From the NCBI GenBank assembly GCA_944325825.1, contig CALVBP010000003.1:16081-80080 (forward strand): DNA of 64,000 nt. Direction: 5' to 3'. This document shows positions 47,558-56,307 of this stretch, one piece after another. The notes beneath the pieces are model-generated. The model was not told where the DNA came from, made no database searches, and saw only the letters and a list, made by a program, of their open reading frames with translations. Position numbers and translations under genes: made by a program. The DNA comes from Candidatus Gastranaerophilales bacterium. Its GTDB lineage: Bacteria; Cyanobacteriota; Vampirovibrionia; Gastranaerophilales; Gastranaerophilaceae. Numbering within the stretch: the first letter of the stretch is position 1; each line of letters begins with the position of its first letter.

Positions 47558-47596
47558 AAACAGGGGGCGGAGCCTTTCAGGCTCCGCCCCCTGTTT
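47558..47596. terminator. Bidirectional intrinsic terminator
   Basis: AAACAGGGGGCGGAGCCT-ttc-AGGCTCCGCCCCCTGTTT. Confidence 0.9.
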
Positions 47597-47601
47597 TTAT
47601 A

Positions 47602-50202
47602 TTATACCTTATTAAAAACAAGTTCATCATCCTTGACATCAATCTGCAGATGGTCGCCATCAGTAAACTTCTGTGCAAGAATAAGTTTAGAAAGAGGATT
47701 TTCCACCATTTGCCTTATCACTCTCTTAAGAGGTCTGGCACCGTAGACCGGATTAAAACCTCTTGTTGCAAGGAACTCTTTAGCATCATCCGTAATATCA
47801 AATGTAATATTGTGGTCTTTAAGCAGACTGCGTAAATGTTCCATTTGAATATCGACAATGGAAGACAATTGCTGTAAAGTCAGAGCCTTAAAGAAAATGA
47901 TTTCATCAACCCTGTTAAGGAATTCCGGTTTAAATTTTTCTCTCATAATGGTCATGACTTTTTCTTTTGTCTCGTCAAAGTTACCTTGTTTTAGAGCTGA
48001 ATTTAAGGAATCTTCAAGGATGATATCGCTTCCTATATTGCTTGTCATAATAATTACAGTATTTTTGAAATCTATTGTTCTGCCTTTAGAATCAGTTAAT
48101 CGCCCGTCATCAAAGATTTGAAGCATAAGGTTGAACACATCAGGATGGGCTTTTTCTATCTCATCAAACAAGACAACCGAATAAGGTTTTCTTCTGACGG
48201 CTTCTGTTAACTGCCCGCCTTCTTCGTAGCCGACATATCCCGGAGGAGCTCCGACTAATCTTGAAACATTATGTTTTTCCATATATTCTGACATATCAAT
48301 TCTTATGATTGCATCTTCATCATTAAATAAGAATTCTGCAAGAGTTTTAGCAAGTTCCGTTTTACCGACACCGGTTGGCCCTAAGAAAATAAATGTACCA
48401 ATCGGACGCTTAGGGTCTTTTAAACCTGAACGGGCACGTCGAATAGCATCAGAAACAGTGTCAACCGCTTCATCTTGTCCTATCAAACGCTTGTGAAGCA
48501 CATCTTCCATTTTTAGAAGTTTTTGCATTTCACTTTCAACAAGCTTATTAACAGGGATTCCCGTCCATTTGCTGACAACTTCCGCTATATCATCACCGTC
48601 AATTTCTTCTTTCAGAAGCTGATTTTCACTTCTTTCCTTCCCTTGCATAGATTGAAGTTTCTTTTCTAATTCCATCAACTTGCCGTATTTAAGCTCTGCT
48701 GCGGTCTGCAAATCTGTGTTTCTTTCGGCTTCCGCAATCTTGTTTTTAACCTTATCAATTTCATCTTTAATACCGGCTTCTCCGGAAATATTTTCTTTTT
48801 CAACTTCCCATTGAGCTTTAAGTTTAGAAATTTTGCTTTCCAAATCATCTATTTCGGAAGTCAGCTTATCAATTTTTGCAATACACTCAGGAGAAGTTTC
48901 TTTTTTAAGAGCTTCTCTTTCGATTTCAAGCTGAATTTTTTGTCTCATCATTGTATCAATTTCTTCCGGCATAGAATCAATTTCAATTCTAAGAGCGGAA
49001 GCTGCTTCATCAATAAGGTCAATTGCCTTATCCGGCAGGAATCTGTCGGTAATATACCTATCGGAGAGTCTTGCAGCTTGAATAAGAGCGCTGTCTAAAA
49101 TTCTGATTCCGTGATGGACTTCATACTTTTCCTTTAACCCTCTTAAAATTGAAATCGTATCTTCTACAGACGGCTCGTCAACCATTACCGGCTGAAATCT
49201 TCTTTCAAGAGCCGGATCTTTTTCTATATATTTACGGTACTCGTTAATAGTCGTAGCACCAATTGTTCTCAATTCGCCTCTTGCAAGCATCGGTTTGAGA
49301 AGGTTTCCGGCATCCATTGAGCCTTCTGTAGCACCTGCACCTACAACCGTATGAAGTTCATCAATAAACATAACGATTTCACCGTTAGACTCCTGAACTT
49401 CTTTAAGAACCGCTTTCAAACGTTCTTCAAACTCGCCTCTAAACTTAGCACCGGCAACCAGTGCACCTAAATCAAGAGATATGAGTTTAACATCTTTCAA
49501 GCTCTCAGGAACATCTCCACGGATAATTCTTTGAGCTAACCCCTCAACAATAGCGGTCTTACCAACTCCCGGCTCACCTATAAGAACCGGATTGTTTTTT
49601 GTTCTTCTGTTTAGCACCTGAATTATTCTTCTGACCTCTTCATCACGACCAATTACAGGGTCCAACTTGCCCTTGCGTGCCATTTCTGTAAGGTCGGTTG
49701 AATATTTTTCAAGAGCCTTCATATTTTCTTCTGCATTTTTTGTATCCACTTTTTTATTACCTCTTATTTTCTTCATTGCATTCAAAACAGAGTTTGTAGT
49801 AACCCCCTGCTTTTTCATTAAATCTTGGATAAAAGAGCCTTCCAGCTTTGTCATCGCAAGCAAAATACATTCAATCCCGATAAATTCATCTTTTAAACTT
49901 TCGGCTTCTTGAGTTGCAATCTCCAGAATGGAGTTTGTATCTCTTGATAAAAATACCTGCTGAGATGAAGGCGGAGTCGAAATTGTTGGATAAGACTTAA
50001 TCTTTGCAACTACTTCGTTTATAAAATGCTGGTTCAACAATTTAAGTTCTTCCAGGTAATCCTTCGAGATTCCCTTATCCTCAATCATCGCCATAACAAT
50101 GTGCTCAGGCTGAACTTCAGTATTCTTATAAAAGTCTTTTTTAGCGTTTGCAGCAAATATAATTTCCTGCGAATAGTTAGTAAATTTTTCAAAATCAATC
50201 AT
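47602..50202 (-). CDS. clpB: ATP-dependent chaperone ClpB
   Basis: Two AAA modules ([16 protein letters not shown]), middle coiled coil, [11 protein letters not shown]. Confidence 0.98.
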   Translation of the reverse strand: MIDFEKFTNYSQEIIFAANAKKDFYKNTEVQPEHIVMAMIEDKGISKDYLEELKLLNQHFINEVVAKIKSYPTISTPPSSQQVFLSRDTNSILEIATQEAESLKDEFIGIECILLAMTKLEGSFIQDLMKKQGVTTNSVLNAMKKIRGNKKVDTKNAEENMKALEKYSTDLTEMARKGKLDPVIGRDEEVRRIIQVLNRRTKNNPVLIGEPGVGKTAIVEGLAQRIIRGDVPESLKDVKLISLDLGALVAGAKFRGEFEERLKAVLKEVQESNGEIVMFIDELHTVVGAGATEGSMDAGNLLKPMLARGELRTIGATTINEYRKYIEKDPALERRFQPVMVDEPSVEDTISILRGLKEKYEVHHGIRILDSALIQAARLSDRYITDRFLPDKAIDLIDEAASALRIEIDSMPEEIDTMMRQKIQLEIEREALKKETSPECIAKIDKLTSEIDDLESKISKLKAQWEVEKENISGEAGIKDEIDKVKNKIAEAERNTDLQTAAELKYGKLMELEKKLQSMQGKERSENQLLKEEIDGDDIAEVVSKWTGIPVNKLVESEMQKLLKMEDVLHKRLIGQDEAVDTVSDAIRRARSGLKDPKRPIGTFIFLGPTGVGKTELAKTLAEFLFNDEDAIIRIDMSEYMEKHNVSRLVGAPPGYVGYEEGGQLTEAVRRKPYSVVLFDEIEKAHPDVFNLMLQIFDDGRLTDSKGRTIDFKNTVIIMTSNIGSDIILEDSLNSALKQGNFDETKEKVMTIMREKFKPEFLNRVDEIIFFKALTLQQLSSIVDIQMEHLRSLLKDHNITFDITDDAKEFLATRGFNPVYGARPLKRVIRQMVENPLSKLILAQKFTDGDHLQIDVKDDELVFNKV

Positions 50203-50295
50203 AGTTTAAACTCCGGAGGGAAAAATCTTCTTTTGTTTTTACCCTTACAATTATATTTTAATGATATTTTTGAAAAATCAACTTATTTTTAATGA

Positions 50296-50712
50296 TTAAT
50301 TAATATTTTTCTTATTCTTAACCTTTTCAAAAACTTCATCAAAACTTACTATAGGCTCAAATCTGTAACCACAGTGTTCCGCCAGAGTTCCTCCCATCAT
50401 AAATAGTTCTTCCTGAGGATACCGTCTGCAAATTCCGGGGCGCTTTTTATGGATTTTACACTTATTAGTTTCTTTATCAAGATTCATGCATTCAAAAACA
50501 AGCCCTGTTTCATCTTTATCTATTACTTTTAAGTACGTATAAAACGGATGCAGATATTGCAATTTTTTAAACTCTTCTTCTGTTTGAATAACATTTTTAT
50601 GTTTTACGTAAATCTTCTGGCAGCATCTTCCGCAAGCATTACAACTCCCAACCCTGTAGTACTTGCGTCTTAAAATATACAAATAAAAAAATTTTTTTAC
50701 TCTTTTAAACAT
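50296..50712 (-). CDS. YkgJ family cysteine cluster protein
   Basis: CNACGRCC...C...CKIHKKRPGICRRYP. Confidence 0.85.
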   Translation of the reverse strand: MFKRVKKFFYLYILRRKYYRVGSCNACGRCCQKIYVKHKNVIQTEEEFKKLQYLHPFYTYLKVIDKDETGLVFECMNLDKETNKCKIHKKRPGICRRYPQEELFMMGGTLAEHCGYRFEPIVSFDEVFEKVKNKKNIN

Positions 50713-51889
50713 TTACCAACCGTGATTTTGCAAATCTATATTCGGAAGAATCTTCATTTGATAAAACCATAATCTTGGAAAAATACTTATTTGCCTGTTT
50801 ATAATCTTTAATTGAATAAAGAGTTGAGCCTTTTTCCAAACAGATTTTTATAATGCGCTCCTCCGGATTTATAAAAGATTTTAAATCCTGAATAATTCCG
50901 CTAAAATCAGCTGCCATTTCGGGATTTAGTATAATACAATTTTCATATTCATATAATGAAAAATGATAGTTATTTTCCTTATAATAATTTTCCGCCCATG
51001 TCTTATGACCTATATAACTGGACCTATTAAATCCTCGCTCAAGTTCATTAACAGCTTTTATTATTTTCAAATATTCATTTTGATTATTTAATACAAGAGG
51101 CAGAAGTCTTTTCATACAGCAATATGCACCGGTATAATCTCCCAGTTCCAGCATAACAAACGGAAGCCTTTCAAGAACATCAAAGGATTTAGAATCAAGA
51201 CAATATGCTTGTTTTAAATAAGCCAGAGCTTGCATATATTCTTTTCTTTCATAATAAAGTTTTCCCAGTAAGAAATTTATATTAAAACTCGTAGGATAAA
51301 TATTTGCAGCCTGCGAAAGAGCTTGTATAGCAGTTTTATAGTCTTTTGCCGCAACAGCTCTCATTGCTTTCTGATACAAATCCTCACCCATATTAATAAA
51401 TTCACTTATACTTTTTTTTATTTCCAGATAATGCGCAGAATTCTTATCTTTAGCGTATTTCAAATATTTCTGATAATAAAATACCGATTGAAATCTCATT
51501 CCTCTGGTAAAATAAGATGTCGCCAGATTTAAACATACCGACTCATCATCCGGTTTGACAGCATGTGCTTTTACCCAGTACCCAATCGCTTTAGATGAAT
51601 CTTGTACTTTGTATGCAATGTTTCCTAAATATAAATAAGAGGGATTTTTAAAAGCTTCAAGCTCAACAGACCTGATAAAAGCATCCTCAGCCTTTTGCAT
51701 ATTGTTCAGTTTATAATAGCAGCGTCCTATCTCGTAATACAATTTGTAAGAAAAGCTTGTATTAACCATATCCAGATAGAGATTAAGCGCATTAGAATAC
51801 TTCCCTTCCCTGTAAAGATTCTTAGCGGCTTCAATCTTCTTATCTTCTATATCGGAGTTATCTTCTATATAATAATCAGAGCCAGCCAT
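50705..51889 (-). CDS. Tetratricopeptide repeat protein
   Basis: Repeated TPR helices (YYEIGRCYY, YLYLGNIAY, NFLLGKLYY). Confidence 0.88.
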   Translation of the reverse strand: MAGSDYYIEDNSDIEDKKIEAAKNLYREGKYSNALNLYLDMVNTSFSYKLYYEIGRCYYKLNNMQKAEDAFIRSVELEAFKNPSYLYLGNIAYKVQDSSKAIGYWVKAHAVKPDDESVCLNLATSYFTRGMRFQSVFYYQKYLKYAKDKNSAHYLEIKKSISEFINMGEDLYQKAMRAVAAKDYKTAIQALSQAANIYPTSFNINFLLGKLYYERKEYMQALAYLKQAYCLDSKSFDVLERLPFVMLELGDYTGAYCCMKRLLPLVLNNQNEYLKIIKAVNELERGFNRSSYIGHKTWAENYYKENNYHFSLYEYENCIILNPEMAADFSGIIQDLKSFINPEERIIKICLEKGSTLYSIKDYKQANKYFSKIMVLSNEDSSEYRFAKSRLVNV

Positions 51890-51907
51890 AGCTGTATTCT
51901 AGCACAT

Positions 51908-52264
51908 TTACAAGCCTAAATCATCACGTAATTTAGAATTTGTTACAAGGTTTGTTAAGACATCATCTTCAAAAACGTCTACAACACCCTCTGCGAAAAG
52001 CTCTCGCATTCGCTGTAAATGGGATAAATCTTCTTCATCACTCATTGCGATTTTATTAAATTTTTTAATATCGCAATCTTTTTGGAAAAGTTCAATTGCA
52101 CTTGATGAAATCTCTGTTCTGTCAACATACGGATTTAAAGAAGCTGTTTGTGCATACTTCTGTGCATTTGCCCTGATTGCGGCAAGATTAATGACATTAT
52201 TCTCTCTTGTTAATTGAGAATTATACAATAAATCTTGATTATTATCGTTAATGTTGTTGAACAT
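51908..52264 (-). CDS. Hypothetical protein, weak FlgM-like pattern
   Basis: DRTEISSSAIELF...QRMRELFAEGVVDV. Confidence 0.6.
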   Translation of the reverse strand: MFNNINDNNQDLLYNSQLTRENNVINLAAIRANAQKYAQTASLNPYVDRTEISSSAIELFQKDCDIKKFNKIAMSDEEDLSHLQRMRELFAEGVVDVFEDDVLTNLVTNSKLRDDLGL

Positions 52265-52344
52265 GAGACCCTAATCTCCCCGATTATCCGATAATATTAT
52301 CGTATATTTTTCCGCTCTTGTTATCAACTATTTGGAGGAATTAT

Positions 52345-53238
52345 TTACTGATGACCTTTCTTTTTAAAACGGACACCTTCAACCTCGTGAACATCTTCTG
52401 TAACAATAAATGCTTTCGGGTCAATAGTATGAACCAACTCTTTTAATTTAGGCATATCAAACTTATTTACAACGCAGTATGTAAGAATTTTTTCCTGCCT
52501 TGAATAACCGCCTAAAGTTTTCATATATGTAACGCTTATATCAAGCTCCTGTATAATGGAATCACCAATTTCACGTGATTTATCCGATACAATTCTAACA
52601 GACTTAGCTTTATCAAGGCCTTCAAGAACCGTATCAATAACTTTTGACGCAACATAGTACGTAAGAACCGAATACAACGCTCTGTCCCAGCCAAGTAAAA
52701 AGCCTGCACCCATATATATAAAGAAATTTATCCCCATTAACAACTCGCCGACAGAAATAATTTTCAGCTTTTTGGAAAGTTCTATGGAAATCATCTCTGT
52801 ACCGTCAAGAGATGCATTATTTTTTAATATTAAACCTACGCCGAGACCTAATAATATTCCGCCGAACACTGTCGAAAGCAGTAAATCCTGTGTAACTATC
52901 CGCCAGTGAATCATATTTGTTGCTATTGACAGCATTAAAATTGCAAAAAAGGTCTGAATAACAAAAACCTTGCCTAAAGTCCTTAAAGCAATCAAAACAA
53001 ACGGCAGGTTAATCAACATAATGAAAATACCAAGATTACCATTAGTAATATATGTTGCCATCATTGAAATACCTATAACACCGCCGTCAATAATTTTATT
53101 CGGCAGTAAAAACATCTCAAGCGCAACAGCGACTATAAAAGCACCCAGCATTAAAAATATTGCTTTTATTATATAACTTATAATAATCTGTCCTCGGGTT
53201 TTTACTACTTTTACAGGCTTTTTTCTTTGTGAAAACAC
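52345..53238 (-). CDS. YitT family membrane protein (DUF161/DUF2179)
   Basis: IIDGGVIG, NLPF, SLDGTE, IDPKAFIVTEDVHEV. Confidence 0.92.
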   Translation of the reverse strand: MFSQRKKPVKVVKTRGQIIISYIIKAIFLMLGAFIVAVALEMFLLPNKIIDGGVIGISMMATYITNGNLGIFIMLINLPFVLIALRTLGKVFVIQTFFAILMLSIATNMIHWRIVTQDLLLSTVFGGILLGLGVGLILKNNASLDGTEMISIELSKKLKIISVGELLMGINFFIYMGAGFLLGWDRALYSVLTYYVASKVIDTVLEGLDKAKSVRIVSDKSREIGDSIIQELDISVTYMKTLGGYSRQEKILTYCVVNKFDMPKLKELVHTIDPKAFIVTEDVHEVEGVRFKKKGHQ

Positions 53239-53255
53239 AAATATCCTCTCCGTTA

Positions 53256-54146
53256 TTAGTCTTTTTTCCTAAGCATTTCAAAAATATTTTTATGTTTAAC
53301 TGCTGTTTTATCAATTGGTTTTATCCCTAAAATAGATTCCAAATCCGTTTTTAGAGTTGTTAAATCATCATATTTCTTCAATAAACCATCCATACAGACA
53401 GAAACATCCCCTGTTTCTTCAGAAACAACAAGACATGCGGCATCAGAAACTTCTGACATGCCGATTGCGGCTCTGTGACGGGTACCATATTTCCAGCTGA
53501 GCTTCGGATCTTCCGTAAGCGGGAGCAAGACCCCTGCTGAATGTATTTTATTTCCGTCAATAATCATTGCTCCGTCGTGTAATGGAGTGTTCGGGTGAAA
53601 GATTGTAAGAATCAATTCTGTTGAAATTCTTGCATCTAAAACAGTTCCCACTTCCGAGTAAACATTTGTACTCAACGCTTTTTTAAATACTATCAAAGCT
53701 CCTGTTTTAGTTTTTGTAAGATATTTAACTGCTTCTATAATTTCTTTTAATATATCAACTTCACTTTCCGCTGCTTCTTTATATGTACCGGAAGAGAAAA
53801 ATGTTCTTTTAATAAACCCCGGCTGTCCCAAATACCCTAAAAAGCGCCTTAATTCCGGCTGAAATATAACAATGAGACTCAGCGCAATAAGTGTTACAAG
53901 AGATTTTAAAAATACACCGACAATTTTTAAATCAATTAAGATTAAAATTTCACTTAAAATCCAGGCAAAAACCAGAATAAACAAGCCTTTTACAAGGTTT
54001 TCCGACTGTGTATTTTTAATAAACTTTTGATAAAATATAAATAGAACTGCAGCAATAAAAAGTATTTCAAGTATATTAATCCAGTTTAAAGTCCACTGGA
54101 GCGGGCTAAAGAAACTGTGAATTAATGAAATCAGTCCGTCTATCAT
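53256..54146 (-). CDS. cdaA: Diadenylate cyclase CdaA
   Basis: Three TMs, FQPELRRFL, PLHDGA (DGA), GTRHRAAIG (RHR). Confidence 0.95.
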   Translation of the reverse strand: MIDGLISLIHSFFSPLQWTLNWINILEILFIAAVLFIFYQKFIKNTQSENLVKGLFILVFAWILSEILILIDLKIVGVFLKSLVTLIALSLIVIFQPELRRFLGYLGQPGFIKRTFFSSGTYKEAAESEVDILKEIIEAVKYLTKTKTGALIVFKKALSTNVYSEVGTVLDARISTELILTIFHPNTPLHDGAMIIDGNKIHSAGVLLPLTEDPKLSWKYGTRHRAAIGMSEVSDAACLVVSEETGDVSVCMDGLLKKYDDLTTLKTDLESILGIKPIDKTAVKHKNIFEMLRKKD

Positions 54147-55465
54147 TGCTGCCTCAATCTATCGGGAATATTTTCTCTCGCTATCAAATCCTCTAAAGAT
54201 TCTCTACTTACTATCATATCAGATTGTGAATTATTTACAAGTACCATTCCAGGTTTTGGAACTCTGTTGTAGTTTGAAGCCATCGAATAATTATAAGCTC
54301 CTGTGTTGTATACGCAAATAATATCACCTGTTTCAAGATAAGGAAGCTCAATATTTTCAATTAAAATATCTCCGCTTTCACAATATCTTCCTGCAAGTGT
54401 AACGAGTTCCGTTTCACAATTGTTCACTTTATTTGCAACTTCAGCAGTATATTTTGCCTGATACGTACTCGGGCGGGGATTATCAGCCATTCCGCCGTCA
54501 AGCGCAACATACTTACGAACATTCGGAATATTTTTTACGGAACCTACAGTATACAATGTTACTCCCGCTGTTGAAATTATACTTCTCCCGGGTTCTATAT
54601 AAATAACGGGTTCAGAAATATTATATTTTTCAAGAGCAGCTTGCATCGCTTCAGTCACAGCAGCTGCAAGTTCTTCGACAGAGGGAGGGCAGTCGTTTTC
54701 CGTATATTTCACCCCAAGGCCTCCCCCTATATTTACCTCTTCCAATTCTATCGAATGAACTTCTTTTATTCTCGCCGCTTCTTTTATAAGGATTTCTACT
54801 TCATCATAATAACTTCTTGCCTCAAAAATCTGAGACCCGATATGCGCATGAATTCCTTTCAAATTGAGATTATTATACTTGTTTTTAATCAGGTTAATAA
54901 TTTCATCAACCTGAGACAAATCAAATCCGAATTTAGAATCAATTTGTCCTGTTTGAATATAGTCGTGAGTATGACATTCAATACCCGGAGTTATTCTTAA
55001 AAGAATATTGGCTGTTTTTCCTTTTGACTCAGAAATTCTGTTAAGAAGTTCCGCTTCATAAAAATTATCGACTGAAAACCTGCCAACACCTAATTCCAAG
55101 GCAAGTTCAATCTCTTCAAGCGACTTATTATTACCATTGAAGAGAACTTTAGACATTTTTACCCCTGCTTTGCTGGCAGTAAAAATTTCTCCTGAAGAAA
55201 CCGTATCAAACCCAAACCCTTCTTCATCAAGAATCTTCAATACGGCAAGATTGCAAAGAGACTTGCAGGCATACATCATTCTTATATTTTTATAATTTCT
55301 GAACGCCTCCTTGTATTCTCTGCAAATTTGTCTTATAGTCGCTTCATCCAACACATAAAGAGGTGTTCCGTATTTTTTTGCCAAATCAATCGTATCACAT
55401 CCGCCAATGTAAATATGCTCTCTTTTTTCCGTAGTAACCGGTCTTAAATACTGATTTGTACTCAT
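54143..55465 (-). CDS. lysA: Diaminopimelate decarboxylase
   Basis: YGTPLYV, YACK (PLP Lys), HAHIGSQI, GGGLG, EPGRS, GRYCESGD, GAYNYSMASNYN. Confidence 0.97.
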   Translation of the reverse strand: MSTNQYLRPVTTEKREHIYIGGCDTIDLAKKYGTPLYVLDEATIRQICREYKEAFRNYKNIRMMYACKSLCNLAVLKILDEEGFGFDTVSSGEIFTASKAGVKMSKVLFNGNNKSLEEIELALELGVGRFSVDNFYEAELLNRISESKGKTANILLRITPGIECHTHDYIQTGQIDSKFGFDLSQVDEIINLIKNKYNNLNLKGIHAHIGSQIFEARSYYDEVEILIKEAARIKEVHSIELEEVNIGGGLGVKYTENDCPPSVEELAAAVTEAMQAALEKYNISEPVIYIEPGRSIISTAGVTLYTVGSVKNIPNVRKYVALDGGMADNPRPSTYQAKYTAEVANKVNNCETELVTLAGRYCESGDILIENIELPYLETGDIICVYNTGAYNYSMASNYNRVPKPGMVLVNNSQSDMIVSRESLEDLIARENIPDRLRQQ

Positions 55466-55468
55466 ACA

Positions 55469-55521
55469 AAAAACCCTCTTATGCTCTAATATCTTTATAC
55501 TAGCAAAATAAGAGGGTTTTT
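55469..55521 (-). terminator. Stem-loop between the 80-aa gene and lysA
   Basis: AAAAACCCTCTTAT...ATAAGAGGGTTTTT 14-bp stem. Confidence 0.7.
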
Positions 55522-55543
55522 ACAATATGAAGTAAGACTATAT

Positions 55544-55786
55544 CTAAACAGCTTCCGTCACTACATACTTGGCAGACTTTGATACAACTCCGTAACATAC
55601 CATTGTTAATCGATTATTCAGAGCAAGCATTGTTCTGTAATTATTTGCATAATTGTTCATTGCCCCTAACATATCATCTGCGGAAACTTTTGACACCAAA
55701 GAATCTGCTTCATGGTTATCTACTTTTTCCTGTGCATATTTTTCAACTAGTAATTTGTCAATAAAATCTCTTGCTCCGATTGCCAT
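55544..55786 (-). CDS. 80-aa protein, possible FliE/SctI-like axial component
   Basis: AAGGAG RBS; DDMLGAMNNYANNYRTMLALNNRL matches the FliE pattern. Confidence 0.65.
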   Translation of the reverse strand: MAIGARDFIDKLLVEKYAQEKVDNHEADSLVSKVSADDMLGAMNNYANNYRTMLALNNRLTMVCYGVVSKSAKYVVTEAV

Positions 55787-55956
55787 AATAAACTCTCCTT
55801 ATTTACATTAATACTCTATTCAATTTTTAAGAGATGATAAAACTAAACCTTAATAAAAGTCTCATTGTTATGGACTTTATTTGGTTTTTGTCTTATTTTA
55901 TATCTCTTGTATATATAAAGTATTTAACTTTTAAAAAATTGCCTTTTTAGATGGCA

Positions 55957-55974
55957 ATTGTAAAGTTATGTAAA
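55957..55974 (-). promoter_or_regulatory. HLR1-like direct repeat
   Basis: Minus strand TTTACATA-AC-TTTACAAT, perfect match. Confidence 0.5.
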
Positions 55975-56061
55975 GTTGGTAATTATTTTTTTGAAAATTG
56001 TTTACATATAACAATGTTTGGAGAATTGCCTAAAAGGCATTTTAATTTTACAATTTTTTAG

Positions 56062-56101
56062 GAATAAGTGAATAAGTTAATAAGTGGTTGAGTGAATAAG
56101 G
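56062..56101. repeat. Degenerate octamer tandem repeat (GAATAAGT)x5
   Basis: GAATAAGT GAATAAGT TAATAAGT GGTTGAGT GAATAAGG. Confidence 0.7.
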
Positions 56102-56115
56102 TGTTTGTATAACAT

Positions 56116-56196
56116 GTCATGCTGAACTTGATTCAGCATCTATCCATTCAATACAAAACCAACATTAATAAATTCCGGGTCAAAGCCCGGAATGAC
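56116..56196. mobile_element. Double-palindrome miniature repeat element (dRS3/RPE-like)
   Basis: GTCATGCTGAACTTGATTCAGCATC...ATTCCGGGTCAAAGCCCGGAATGAC; terminal GTCAT/ATGAC inverted ends. Confidence 0.7.
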
Positions 56197-56307
56197 GGGA
56201 AAATACCTCCTTTTCAAGCAGTGGAAGTGCATCTCGTATAAAAGTTATCATTTACCCCTGCAGCATAATAGTCATTATGCTGCATAAGAAGGTAAGCGTT
56301 ATTAATT

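Noticed and set aside
50203-50295. CIRCE operator upstream of clpB
   Set aside because: No TTAGCACTC-N9-GAGTGCTAA found.
55466-55543. Lysine riboswitch before lysA
   Set aside because: Only 78 nt with a single hairpin; too short and lacks lysine-riboswitch motifs.
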